A DNA stretch of 44,166 nt from Coniocarpon cinnabarinum (taxonomy: Eukaryota): contig JAVECO010000186.1 in assembly GCA_051942205.1 (NCBI GenBank), positions 1-44,166 of the forward strand, read 5' to 3'. The notes beneath the pieces were generated by a model. It was not told where the DNA came from and made no database searches. It was given only the letters and a program-made list of their open reading frames with translations. The first letter of the stretch is position 1, and each line of letters opens with the position of its first letter. Positions 25,966 through 37,084 of this stretch are shown here, one piece after another. The translations under genes were made by a program, and so were the position numbers.

Positions 25966-27885
25966 CTCTTGCATGGTGCTATAGGATGTGACACTACTGG
26001 ATGACGTCTAAGCCGTGCAGAAGTAAGAGCAGGCGCTGGAGGTGGGTGAGGGGCCTCCATATTTCAGCGAGCCAGAGATAACTTGAGACTTTGGCACAAC
26101 TTGCACAGGTCTATACACTAACTAAGGGCAAGAAAGGGATTGACACACGCGCCACGCATTCTCGTAGAGCCCGAAAGGCAGACCAGAGAGGTTCTCCATT
26201 TGCCTGCACCTAATACGGCGCTTTTCTGCTCTGTTCTGCCTAGCACCTCACAGAGTTGGCGGACCTGGCGAACCCTGGAATTAGGCTGCCTGGTGATCAC
26301 AAGTTCGTTCTACTTCTTGCACATCTACTGTAGATGTATTCTTAGGAAGATAGCTGACAAGAGCACCGCGAGGTGTCCGTACGTCATGAAGAACAACCGA
26401 AGTCATCTCTGGAAGTGTTTGCGCTCATAGTATATGCAAGAGAGAATCTTGTTTTCGACGAGCGGGCCTGCTGAGGAGACTTGCAAGCCAAGAGACACGC
26501 ATATAGACACTTACATATATGGGATCTACATGGCACAGATCGCATATGCAGATGCGGCAGAGGCGCCACCTAGTCCGCATTTGGGGAGCTTGACATGCAT
26601 ACCCGACTCGTCCCCGTTCGCGACGACTTGGAGCTCTTTCTTTCGGACACACACAAACCCTGTACGCCATACGCTAAAGCACGTAAGCCTGTGGAGCTTG
26701 TACGACTTATTTCAGCCGCATTCATTGGTGCGACGGCTAGGCTGATTTTTTGGCTGCGTCGTTTTCAAGCATGTGTTCGATCCTGCGAACGGGATTTGAG
26801 AGCAGTGAAGACATATCATTGGTGCCCTCTATCCTGACTTCGGTGAAGGAGGTCAAAACCGCAGAACTGATAATAAGATCTGCTGGCATGGTTGACGGTA
26901 CTGTCGGAGCTAGCAAGGCAGAAGGTAGCTAGGGAAACACGCTGGCCGCCCAAGCAGCAGCACGCTGAGATCGGATCATCTACGGCTTGGACATTTCTGG
27001 GAAATGCTCACTGCCTTTACTCTCTTACATACCACTGCAGTGGCCTACCAATGTCGCTGCAAGGTGATAAGACGCTCGGAGTAGAGCCGAAGCTCGCCTG
27101 CAACGAGATGTTTCTGTCGAACGTACCGCTATGGAGCAGTGGATAACAGCTGTGCAAGCTTCATCAATTCTGAGTGCTGGCACTCGCTGCGGGAAGCATT
27201 TCACGCATTGATGTAGTTGACAGCATTTTCAATCTTGTTGCTTCGCTAAATCCTGCGATGCACGATGACCTTTGGCCGATGCCAACGCTGGTTTGCGCAA
27301 AGTCAATCATCGTGCGGTAAGCGGCGGCGGAGTGATCTTGGGCGGCAGCCTGGTTGCTCACACACAAGAAGACCATGTGATGATTGGAACGGTTTGCTTG
27401 GCCGAAACGTGATGCAGGCTGCTGATGCTCGGAAAGGGCGTGCAACAGATATGTCGCGGAGTCATAATGCTTTCGTTGATGGACGCTTCATATGATATCT
27501 AATCAGGCTGTAATTCGTACAGGATGATGCTCAAAGAGAGGTGCAGGACTCTTCTCGTCAATGTAGGGACTGCGGCATAAAGTTGTTCCGTTCCGGGCCG
27601 GAATCCTTGACTGTAAGGTTAATCACGTGAGACGGTGACAGCGTGATAACATCCACAACTCTCTTCGCACATGCCCGAGCATTTCCAGAATTCACTGACA
27701 ATGTCTCTGAAAATCATAGGCGGGTTATTAATGCATCAGGATCAGGAGCATATGACAATGCTTCTGTTGTTTCTCTTTGGGACGGACCGTTCCGGCATCA
27801 CCTCGATCCACTCTTGGCTGGATATCTGACTTTGTTCAAAATTGTTTACGAAGTGACTCCTCCGACCGCTGCGCCGCCTTTTAAG

Positions 27886-29758
27886 ATGTTTGCTGCGACA
27901 ACATCTCTCGCAACGGCAACAGCCTTATTTGCCGTCTTTCTGTCCCTTGCGGTCTTCAGGTCAGGCAGTCTGCTCAGGCCTGGCAAGCTGGTTGTAGATC
28001 TGCCATATCAATCATTCCAAGGTTTTGTAGTGGTTAGTTCGAGCTCAGACCTCTTGTGCTGGCACTACAAATGCCGATTTTAGCTGTCTTTCATACGTCA
28101 ATGGACCTCTAACAAAAGACAGAACAACTCTCTGGTAACTTTTAAGAACGTCCGATATGCAGCAGCGCCGGTGGGAGACCTTCGATTCAAGGCGCCAATC
28201 TCACCATCCATCAATAGTAAAGCTAAACCTATCAAGGTCAGCGATGTCATCTGTCCTCAGGGCTATGCCCAGTGGTTCCAAGGTCCTACAAACAAGACTT
28301 TCGGCCCTGAGGACATCTTGCCGGTCGACCCAAGAACATCCGAGGACTGTTTAGTGCTCGACGTGCTGATGACAGAAAGTGTCTGGAAGTCTCGTACCTC
28401 CGAGTCGGCTCCAGTGCTAGTCTGGATACACGGTGGTGGTTTTGCCGCAGGATGGAAAGACATGAGTGGCGCCGGCCATGGATTGGTCACCCGCAGCTTG
28501 CAGTACAGTGAGCATGGACTTATTCTCGTGTCAATCAACTACCGTCTCGGACTCTTCGTAAGTCCGCTGTGGCTTGTTCAACGCCGTATACTCACACGTG
28601 TCAATCACATGCTCCATGTCGCTTGTACTAACACTAGCGACTCATCAGGGTTGGCTGTACGGTCCAGGTGCCGTGGCAAATGCTGGTCTCAAGGATCAAC
28701 GTCTCGCCCTCGAATGGGTACAACAACACATCCATCGGTTTGGAGGGAATGCGTCCCAGGTCACCGTTATGGGTGAGTCCGCCGGCGGAGGATCAATCGC
28801 AGCCCACATCGCCGCATATAAAGGCGAAAAGGGAAACCCGCCCTTCCGTGGGGCGATTGCTCAGTCGCCATATTACCTTCCCACATCGCCGCACCTTCGC
28901 TCCACTGTTGACGGCGTGCTCGATTTTGCCAATGTATCCAGCTTAGACGCCCTTCGATTGATGTCGACCACTGATCTACAAATACTCAACGCGCTTCTGA
29001 TCGGTAATGCTCTCACTGGATTCACTACATTTACTCTTGTTCCTGATGGAGAGTACATCCCGGAGGCTCTAGGTCGACTCTACCGATCAGGGAGTTTCGA
29101 CAAATCCGTCACTCTTATGACTGGGCACAACGTAGATGAAGGCTCTCTTTTCGTCTCGAAGTCACAGATCCTAGACAATGAAGCTTACACATCTTACGTT
29201 GCTTCACTCTTATCGCTGTCGGCGAATGATACTGCTACTCTTAAGCACGTCACGGAAACCCTTTATCCTCTTGTATTTGATGGCTCACAAGGATACACTC
29301 ATCAAACCGGCCGGAACAGCCTCACATATGCAGATGCAGCGATCGTCTGCAACGCTCGCGCCATGAATGCCGCCTCTTTCGATAATCCGACTTTTGCCTA
29401 CGTGTGGAATGTTCCGCCAGGCATGCACGGCATGGATTTGGCATACACCTTTTATGATTTTGGTGACGTACCAGGTGTCAACACTACCGTTGCAGAAGCG
29501 CTGCAAGGTTACATTCTGTCGTTCGTGGCAAAAATCGACCCAAACTCCAATACGTTGCCAGAGTTTCCATCATCGTCATCATCAGCAAACGTATTCAATA
29601 TTGGCAGTGAGGCCTTTTTTGAAATTAGTGACGAAAACGAATTCTCGAGGTTGAAGGAAAGATGTGACTATTGGCAAGCGGCACCTTTCCTGCAAGCTCC
29701 GTTGCACACCTCAGAAAGATTTCAACCAATGCTCGAGGATGTTGACAGCCAATTATGA
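27886..29758 (+). CDS. Secreted type-B carboxylesterase/lipase, 3 exons (27886-28032, 28123-28557, 28649-29758), ~563 aa
   Basis: Hydrophobic N-terminus, [54 protein letters not shown] nucleophile, N.DEG Glu and HGMDL His; frame intact. Confidence 0.93.
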
Positions 29759-31097
29759 TGGCCCTGGACACTTATGGCAGCAGATTTCAGGATTACTCGC
29801 TGGTCTTGAAGGATGACGAGAGTTGATTGTTGGCTCATTGCGCCTGTGGTGTCTATTCGATGTAAGCACCTCTCCCTCTTTAAAGATTCCTAGCTCACTA
29901 AAGAGAAGGTAAGAGTATCTCCATGCCTTGCTCTAGTATCTAGTGACATACGAGAGTACATTGTGATCAACCCACACCCTGCTATGTTCCGATAAAGTAG
30001 ACATTTGCTGATGGACTTTTTTTCTGAGTGAAAGAAAGCTGACAGTAGACTAATTAGTACAGTGCGATGTATGGACAAGTCCGAATATGCATTGCGACTG
30101 CTCTAGCTTTACTCAGTCCTCTTGCATGGTGCTGAGTCTACTGTCCCGCATTAAAGACGTCTAACAGCATATTCGCACTCTTCCTTATCTACCCTAAGAA
30201 GACATCATTGTCTGTCATTGTCGTCCAATGGCGGGTCTTGCATTGTCTTGGAATCACAGACACTGTCAGCATTTTGACTCCCGTGCCAGCATCTCGAGTG
30301 ACATTCAAGTAGAGAAAGGTGAGTGAAGGTCTGGGCAGCTATATCTGGTCTACCCAGCCAATGGGGAAATGTCGAATAGCCGGACCGGTCAGCCTTACAG
30401 TGCATCCAGATAAGCGACCGGAGAGATTACTCAATCACGGCTCAAGTTCAACGAGCGTTGTGATACTGGGTGGTCCCCATCCCCTAGAATGTCTTTTGAT
30501 TCAGCACAACTGGTACAAAGCAGAAAGACATACCTCGAGCCAATGAACGTCCTGTTCAGGCAAAAACAAAACCATAGAATGACGACATCAACACAATACA
30601 TGAGACGAACGAGGCACAGCCAACGTGACTCCGGTTTGTCCAAAGTGACGAATGCAACGAGTCAAGCTTTTTAGGTCACTGATCAGTGGCTGACGCTAGC
30701 GGCATTGCGGCCCGCTTTTCGAGTCCGCTCTTTAGCACCCGCTGACGGCACCAAGCGTGTCCGAATCTGCGCTCATCACGTGCACAATAATCCCCGGGAC
30801 CACATATTCGATCAATGAATAGCGGTCGACTTGCTAAATGTAGCTGCCGTCTGATGAAAGTTTTGTCATCAAATATTACTACCTTGGGAGTGTTGGGATT
30901 AGACAGCTGATTGTTGGAGTTGTATCCACTGGACGTTGCACTGAGTCGGATAGTGCCTGGGCGATCATCCACAGTCACGTATGGAAGCGTCCAATGATCA
31001 ATTTGTTTTGAAGCCATTCTCCATTCAGTCGAAAACATCGTCACGCTAGCTGGCGTGCAAAAATCATCAAGGGGCGTTTCAAAGACTCTGCATCATC

Positions 31098-32773
31098 ATG
31101 CCTTCCTTCAAGCGAATTCTCCCTTCCTTGAAAGAACTTCGTCCCACCACCCGAACACACGACCGAGAAACAGCTTCCGCTCAAGACATCCCACAGCAAA
31201 CCTCCCCAACCGACCCCCAAACATGGCCCACCTGGCAAAAAAACACCATCGTCACAGCACTCGCCTTCCTCCTCTTCGAGATGTAAGACGCACGCCCGCA
31301 CCGCGATCGCATACCCTCTAACACCCCCCTCAAACAGACCCATGGGCTCCTCAATCGTCGGCCCCGCCACGCCCCTCCTCCAAGCCTCCTTCCCCGGCCT
31401 CAGCGAAACCCTTTCTGGCTTCGTCGTCTCCATCTACGTCCTCGGATTCGCCGTCGGTCCACTGTAAGTACCCGCCTGAACAGCCACTTGCGCGGCCATC
31501 TAACAGCGCAAGCATCTTCGCGCCACTCTCAGAGCTCTACGGTCGCCAGGTCATATACCAGGTTTGCACGACGCTGGCGTGCGGAATGACGGTGGGATGT
31601 GCGCTCGCGCCGTCGCTGGCGGGGGGGGATCTATAGCTGATATGTCGTCGGGGGGTGCAACGCGGGAAGTATTTGTCTGTTGTGGCTTTTGGGCCGATTG
31701 CGGGACCGGTGCTGGGGAGTGTTGTTGGGGGGTTTCTCTCGCAACGGGAGGGGTGGAGGTGGTGTTTTTGGTTGATGGTGATTTTGGTGAGTCGTTGGTG
31801 AAGTTCTGAAAGGATCGAAGCTGACGCAGATTGAAGAACGGCATCGGAGCTGTGCTATCCTTTTTGATAATTCGAGAGACGCATTACCCGACGTTGAAAC
31901 GAAGAGCGGTGAAGAAGCTGGGTCAAGACACAAAGAAAGCCACCTCCTTGGAAATTTAAATGATGCCCATCGAGAAGATGTACTAAAGCAAGCGATCACA
32001 CGCCCCTTGCGCCTACTCATCCGCTGTCCAATCGTATTCCTCGTCGCCCTGTAAGTGCCCATCACTATTCCACGCATCCCCAAGCTCACTGAAGCTCTTG
32101 AAGCCATCTAGCCATCATGTGCGCCTTCATCTACATCCTCTTCTCAACATACCCCCGGCTCTTCCAAACGCAGTACCACTTCAGCGTCGGGCTCTCCGGT
32201 CTCGCATATGTCGGCATTGGCGTCGGCGACGTGCTGGCCGCATTCCTCTGCACCAAGTACGCGGCGCTCGCGACCCAAAAGTCCGCGACCCTCTTCGAAA
32301 ACGGAGCCGTAACGCCTGAATCTCGACTGCCCGTTCTCGCAGTCGTCGTGCCGCTCGTGCCGGTCGGTCTCCTGTGGACAGGGTGGAGCGCGGAAGACCA
32401 CACGCACTGGATCGTGCCGGAGCTGGGATCGGCGCCGATTGGGTTCGGGATCGTGGCGAGCAGCATCTTTGGCCAATTGTACATGGTGGATGCGTATACG
32501 AAATACGCTGCGAGCTGCATTGCTGCTTCGAGCCTATTTCGTAGCGTGCTGGGCGCGGTGTTGCCGATTGTTTGTGGGCCGCTTTATGCAAGATTGGGCT
32601 TTGGGAAGGGGAATACAATTTTGGCGGCGGTGAGCGTGTTGAATGTGGTGACGGCGGGTGCGCTTGTGAGGTATGGTGCGATGTTGAGGAGTCGGTTTCC
32701 GTTCGAGAAAGAGACGCTGAAGGACGACTCGGAAGGTGGAAAACCAGAGGACACTGCTGATGCTGCTTCATAG
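31098..32773 (+). pseudogene. DHA1-family MFS drug:H+ antiporter, disrupted
   Basis: DPQTWPTWQK, SIYVLGFAVGPL.FAPLSELYGR, GGGSIADM, GP..GPVLG..VGGFL...GWRW.FW, RET, PESRL, YMVDAY; the segment normally between ALAPSL and GGGSIAD is missing; frameshifts in G runs with in-frame TAG at 31634-31636; another frame break near 31920-31990. Confidence 0.85.
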
Positions 32774-32896
32774 CCCATAGCAAGCAAGGTCAGATTGCAC
32801 GTATTAGTACAAACGTAATGGGCTTGTCCTAAGATAACGGATTCGACCTTCATGTTCGGATCCGTTACATAGTATAGCTGTCTCAAGCGTTTCCAA

Positions 32897-34670
32897 TCAC
32901 GCTCCGTCCTTTGGTGTGAAGGGATAGAATACGACCTCCTCTTTCGGGTTCGGAATGATGCGGTCTCCGCTCAGTATCTTCGGAAGCCTCGTCTGTTTCC
33001 CTTCGACAAACCCCAGATCATACCGCAGAAGGATCTTCGACAGAAGCAGCTTCGACACGGCTTCGACGAAGAACCTCCCTGGACATATCCAGCGGCCAGC
33101 GCCCCATGCAGGCGCGGACGGATCAGCACCAGTAAATTGCAAATGAGGATGCGTTCCTGAGCCTAGCGCAACTCGGTCACGATGGAAGCGCATCATGTCG
33201 AACTGGTCTGCGTTTTCAAAGGAAGCGGGATCCTTTGCCATCGCGGCTGTGGGGACGGAGACGTGACAGCCAGCAGGGATGGTCATTCCATCGGAAAGCT
33301 TGATATCTTTGAGGGCTTTGCGGAGGAATATAGCTTCGATAGTTAGCACGTCGTTTGTTCGTGAGGAACGAACGATGCGCAAACCTACACCAAGCTAGAG
33401 GGCTCATCCTTTGAGACTCTTTCATGAAGCTATCCAGCATGCTTAGCTTGCCAAGAGATTGAGGATCGGTGAGTGAATGGTCGTCTGCCACGAACTGATG
33501 CAGCTCTTGCCGGAGTGACTGTATACATTCGGGACGATCCGCCAAGTCCGGAATAAAATTGACGATCGACGTCGCTGTCGTGTAAAGCGCCGCAAGAAGC
33601 AAGAGCTGGAAAACATTCGCAAACTGCTCTGAAGTGAGTGTCCTCATGGATGTCTTTTCACTCTCCAGTAAGCTGTCTATCAAATCGACTTGTACGTGTG
33701 GCTTTCCACCGATCGTATCATGTGTTCTTCGCCGTAATATGACCTCGTTCTGGAGTGTCTCTTTCATCCGTTGTCTATTTTTCTTGAGGTCTCTGACTGA
33801 TTTTGAATTTGGAGCAATGATTGCATGTAAGTAGGAGGGATATTGCCTTAGGTCATCGGCGACATTGGCGACCGCAGATGGATAACCGGCGCATAGCTGA
33901 ACCCACTCCTTGTCGTTTCCAAGCCGAGGCCCAAAGAGTGACTGACAAGATACGTGTAGAATGAGAGTGAAGACAAGTTCAAATATGCAGACTTTGCTCG
34001 CTGGGAGAAAAAATAGGCTGTCAGCTCTATGCTGCCCTCGATCAACACTGATACTGATTCAGCAGAGACTTACGCGCTGATTCTAGCTTTTCGCTCAGAA
34101 CCCTGTCCACTTCTTTGTCTAATTCAGGTAGTAGCGTTTCTGGAAGCAAGAGAGTTAGCCATGATGATCGTTGGGTTGCGCTTGCGCGTCCCTGATAAGT
34201 GCAAACACACTTAAATTATGAGTGAATGGTCCTTTCACGGCGTTCACATGTGCATCTGTCTCCAATATGACATTGACACCAGTGTACTTTCCGAAATGTC
34301 GGTCATTCATACTGTGCTTGCCGCTGAGGGTGTCTCGTGGTAGCGAGGGAAGCTCAGTAAGATACTTTGGTGGTAATATGATCCGACCTAGGGACTGAAA
34401 GAAGTAGGGTTCGTCTCTGTCATGCTCGTATTGAGATTCGAAAATATTCGGTCCCTGTTCCCGGACGTAAGTTCTGCATCGAGGGTGTCTCAGCTGAAGA
34501 AATCCTGGTCATGGACCGATACACTTCATCTTGAGCCTGGCCGAATGTGACCAAAGATCGTAAAATGTCTTGAAACATGTTGCAACAATTATCAGAGTAA
34601 GACATAATAGATACGTATATTTTTTGAAGATGAGCGAGACGACATGTTGTGTAGCGTTGTCTAGAGCCAT
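32897..34670 (-). pseudogene. Cytochrome P450 (ent-kaurene-oxidase-like terpenoid P450 group), 4 exons (34670-34211, 34139-34074, 34000-33389, 33333-32897), ~524 codons, one premature TGA
   Basis: N-terminal TM anchor, ILPPKY, GKYTG, AALYTT I-helix, DSFMKESQR (ExxR), FDMMRF, WGAGRWICPGRFF heme motif; all introns canonical and in phase; single TGA at 34509-34511 (codon 54). Confidence 0.88.
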
Positions 34671-35519
34671 GAGAAAGCAAGGCATTTCCACCTGATTCCC
34701 TTGTGATTCTTGCATCTTGCACATAGTCTACCAAAAGCAGAGGCAAGGCCCTCTTTCGCGAGCACTGTAAAACCAATCGGGAATGCGATGCACGTCAGAC
34801 CTACTTGCTTGATGCATTGCCTTTTTCCAAATAGTACAGCGAAAGGGATCCACTGGACTGAGCCAGTTCCGAGACATTGGCGCCAATTTTGTCATCGCCT
34901 AGGCACTTCATCACCATCGCGCTGCGGCCGATCGATGGCGATGCCCGTATTGCAGGAAGGCAAGGCGGATGGTCACGCTTGTGTAGTTGAGCAGCAACGC
35001 CTCATGTAGAGACGCGACAGATGCGAACATTGAACCTTGAAGCACTTGTCCGCAGGCATAAGCTGACCAACTGGTAGGTAGCAAAAGAGTACAAATAGTG
35101 AGTGTGATCGACGTCTAGCGTCATGGTATTAGAAGGATTTGAAAATCAGCGATAGGATCGATGAGCGTGGCCAAAATGCTCGATGATGGTTGGTAGGATT
35201 GCTAAGGCTGCGCCTATAACGCGTAGTGTCCTAGAGCGAGGTGCTCATATGAATTGAGTAGTTGGTGAGTGGGTACCCCAACACGAGGCTATTCGGCCCG
35301 GCGCTCTGTGGCCCCTTTTTTTGCCGTGCACCAATGTCCCGTCGTCGTGCGAAGCAAAATGTGGGAGCCATGCTGATACGTACGCGCCGCGAATAGGGAG
35401 TTATTAGTGTTGCGTGCCTGCCGCTTCTTTCTCTTGTAAGCCTTGTTTGACAATTGACCTCCTTCGAGACTGTATGCCCATTCCCGAACCTGAGAGCAAA
35501 CGGGTTCTAGTCGCGAACA

Positions 35520-36864
35520 ATGGCCGGTGAAAGCGCAGGCAAACTGATCGCATTGGCGGTCGTTCTGCTGCTCCTGCCTCTTGTCTTGATTGTTTGCAGA
35601 CTATACATACGCGCGACGACGAAGGCTAGCTTTGGGCTTGACGATGGAGCAGTGGTGGTGTCGTTTGTATGCGAAAGGCTGTTCTTAGATGTGTGAAGTA
35701 ATCATTGACCGCTGCTCTCAGCTCTTCCTCATCGGCATGGCCACCTGTCAAATACTGGGTAAGAGCCTTTGGTTACTTGCAAGCCTAGTGACTGATAATC
35801 GTAGCGGCCGCCAGGTTTCACCTTGGTTCGCATACAGTCATAACATCGCAAGGACCTGTGATAGACAATGATACAATTTTGCAGTTCAAAGTACGTCTGC
35901 AGGTACTCATAGCGAAATATTCCTGACATCCCTAGACGCAATACGTCTTCAACGTACTCTCGGTAGTTGCAAATGGTGCCTGCAAGATCTCGATCTTGCT
36001 CCTCTACCGTCGAATTTTCACCGGAAACTCCTTTAAGATCGCTTACTGGCCTGCGCTGGCCTTGATCGTCGTATGAACGATTGGGTGCACGTTCGGCAGC
36101 ATATTTGTGTGCACTCCAGTCTCGGCTAGATGGAACATCAAGAGTCCGAACCCTGCGTGTATCAAAAATAACAAAGACTTCTTCGAGACTTTTGGAATAA
36201 CCGACATAATCACCGATCTGCTGGTGCTGGTACTACCACTTCCAATGGTGTGGAGGTTGAATATGCCGACAAAACGCAAAGTGGCCGTGACTGCGATCTT
36301 TGCCCTGGGCACCTTGTGAGTACACAGTTGAGGCCGGTTTACTTGAGCTGACAAAACATAGTGTGGTGGCTGTTGGAGGCGTCAGACTCTACATTTACTT
36401 GCATGTGGTGAGCATCAGCGAAAAAGTGCCAGATCTTTCGTGTGAGTCATGTTGTCCTCACGCATAAAATGATCTGCTAACCACAGCCAGACTACAATGC
36501 ACCGACATGGTACTGGAACACTACGGAAGTGTCTATTGCCATAGTCAGCGCTTGTCTCCCGATACTGCGTCCACTTTTCCGTGGCTGGTCAGCCGACTCG
36601 ATAATTGATGCCGTTCGCAGTATGATCTGCCTACAGTCCCTGAGTAGTGGCCGAAGCAATCGCGATGGATATGTTCGCAAGTCGGGTTCCGAAGGACATC
36701 CTTCAGATTCGCAGATCGAACTCAGTCAAGGAGCATCCATCCAGAATACTACGCAAAGAGGTCAGGCCACTGGATGGAAAGAGCAAACGCCTTCTGGCAG
36801 TCAAGGTCTTCCAAATGATCGGATCATGGTGCGAAAAGATGTTTCGGTGAAGGAGATGATATAA
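35520..36864 (+). pseudogene. Pth11-like (fungal rhodopsin-domain, CFEM-less) integral membrane protein with premature TGA
   Basis: RLYIR....FGLDD, KISILLLYRRIF, CTPVSARW, TDLLVLVLPLPMVWRLNM...K, E....IVSACLP.LRPLF; introns 35667-35721, 35759-35804, 35891-35935, 36316-36361, 36442-36490; TGA at 36074-36076 at a usually Trp position. Confidence 0.88.
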
Positions 36865-37084
36865 TCGGAATAAGGGACGAGATCGACATGTCGCGTTTAT
36901 GCACATGAGTATGGAAAGGTTCTTCGAACCGTACATCAGAGTGATGCAATGTCGCTCTGATACTAGACCAACACGAGCTCTGACCGCTGTCTTCATAGTT
37001 TGATGAGACCCAGACATCTCATCAGCTTCGAAAGAAAGATCGAGACGAATCTAATTGCATGACCAGTGGATGTCTTCGACGCTT

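Noticed and set aside
25400..27800. Numerous 60-100 aa ORFs in the oxidase-esterase gap
   Set aside because: Mostly non-ATG starts, no motifs and no consistent exon chain; treated as intergenic.
30676..31044. 122-aa minus-strand ORF upstream of the MFS gene
   Set aside because: No recognisable domain or splice support; it overlaps the likely MFS promoter.
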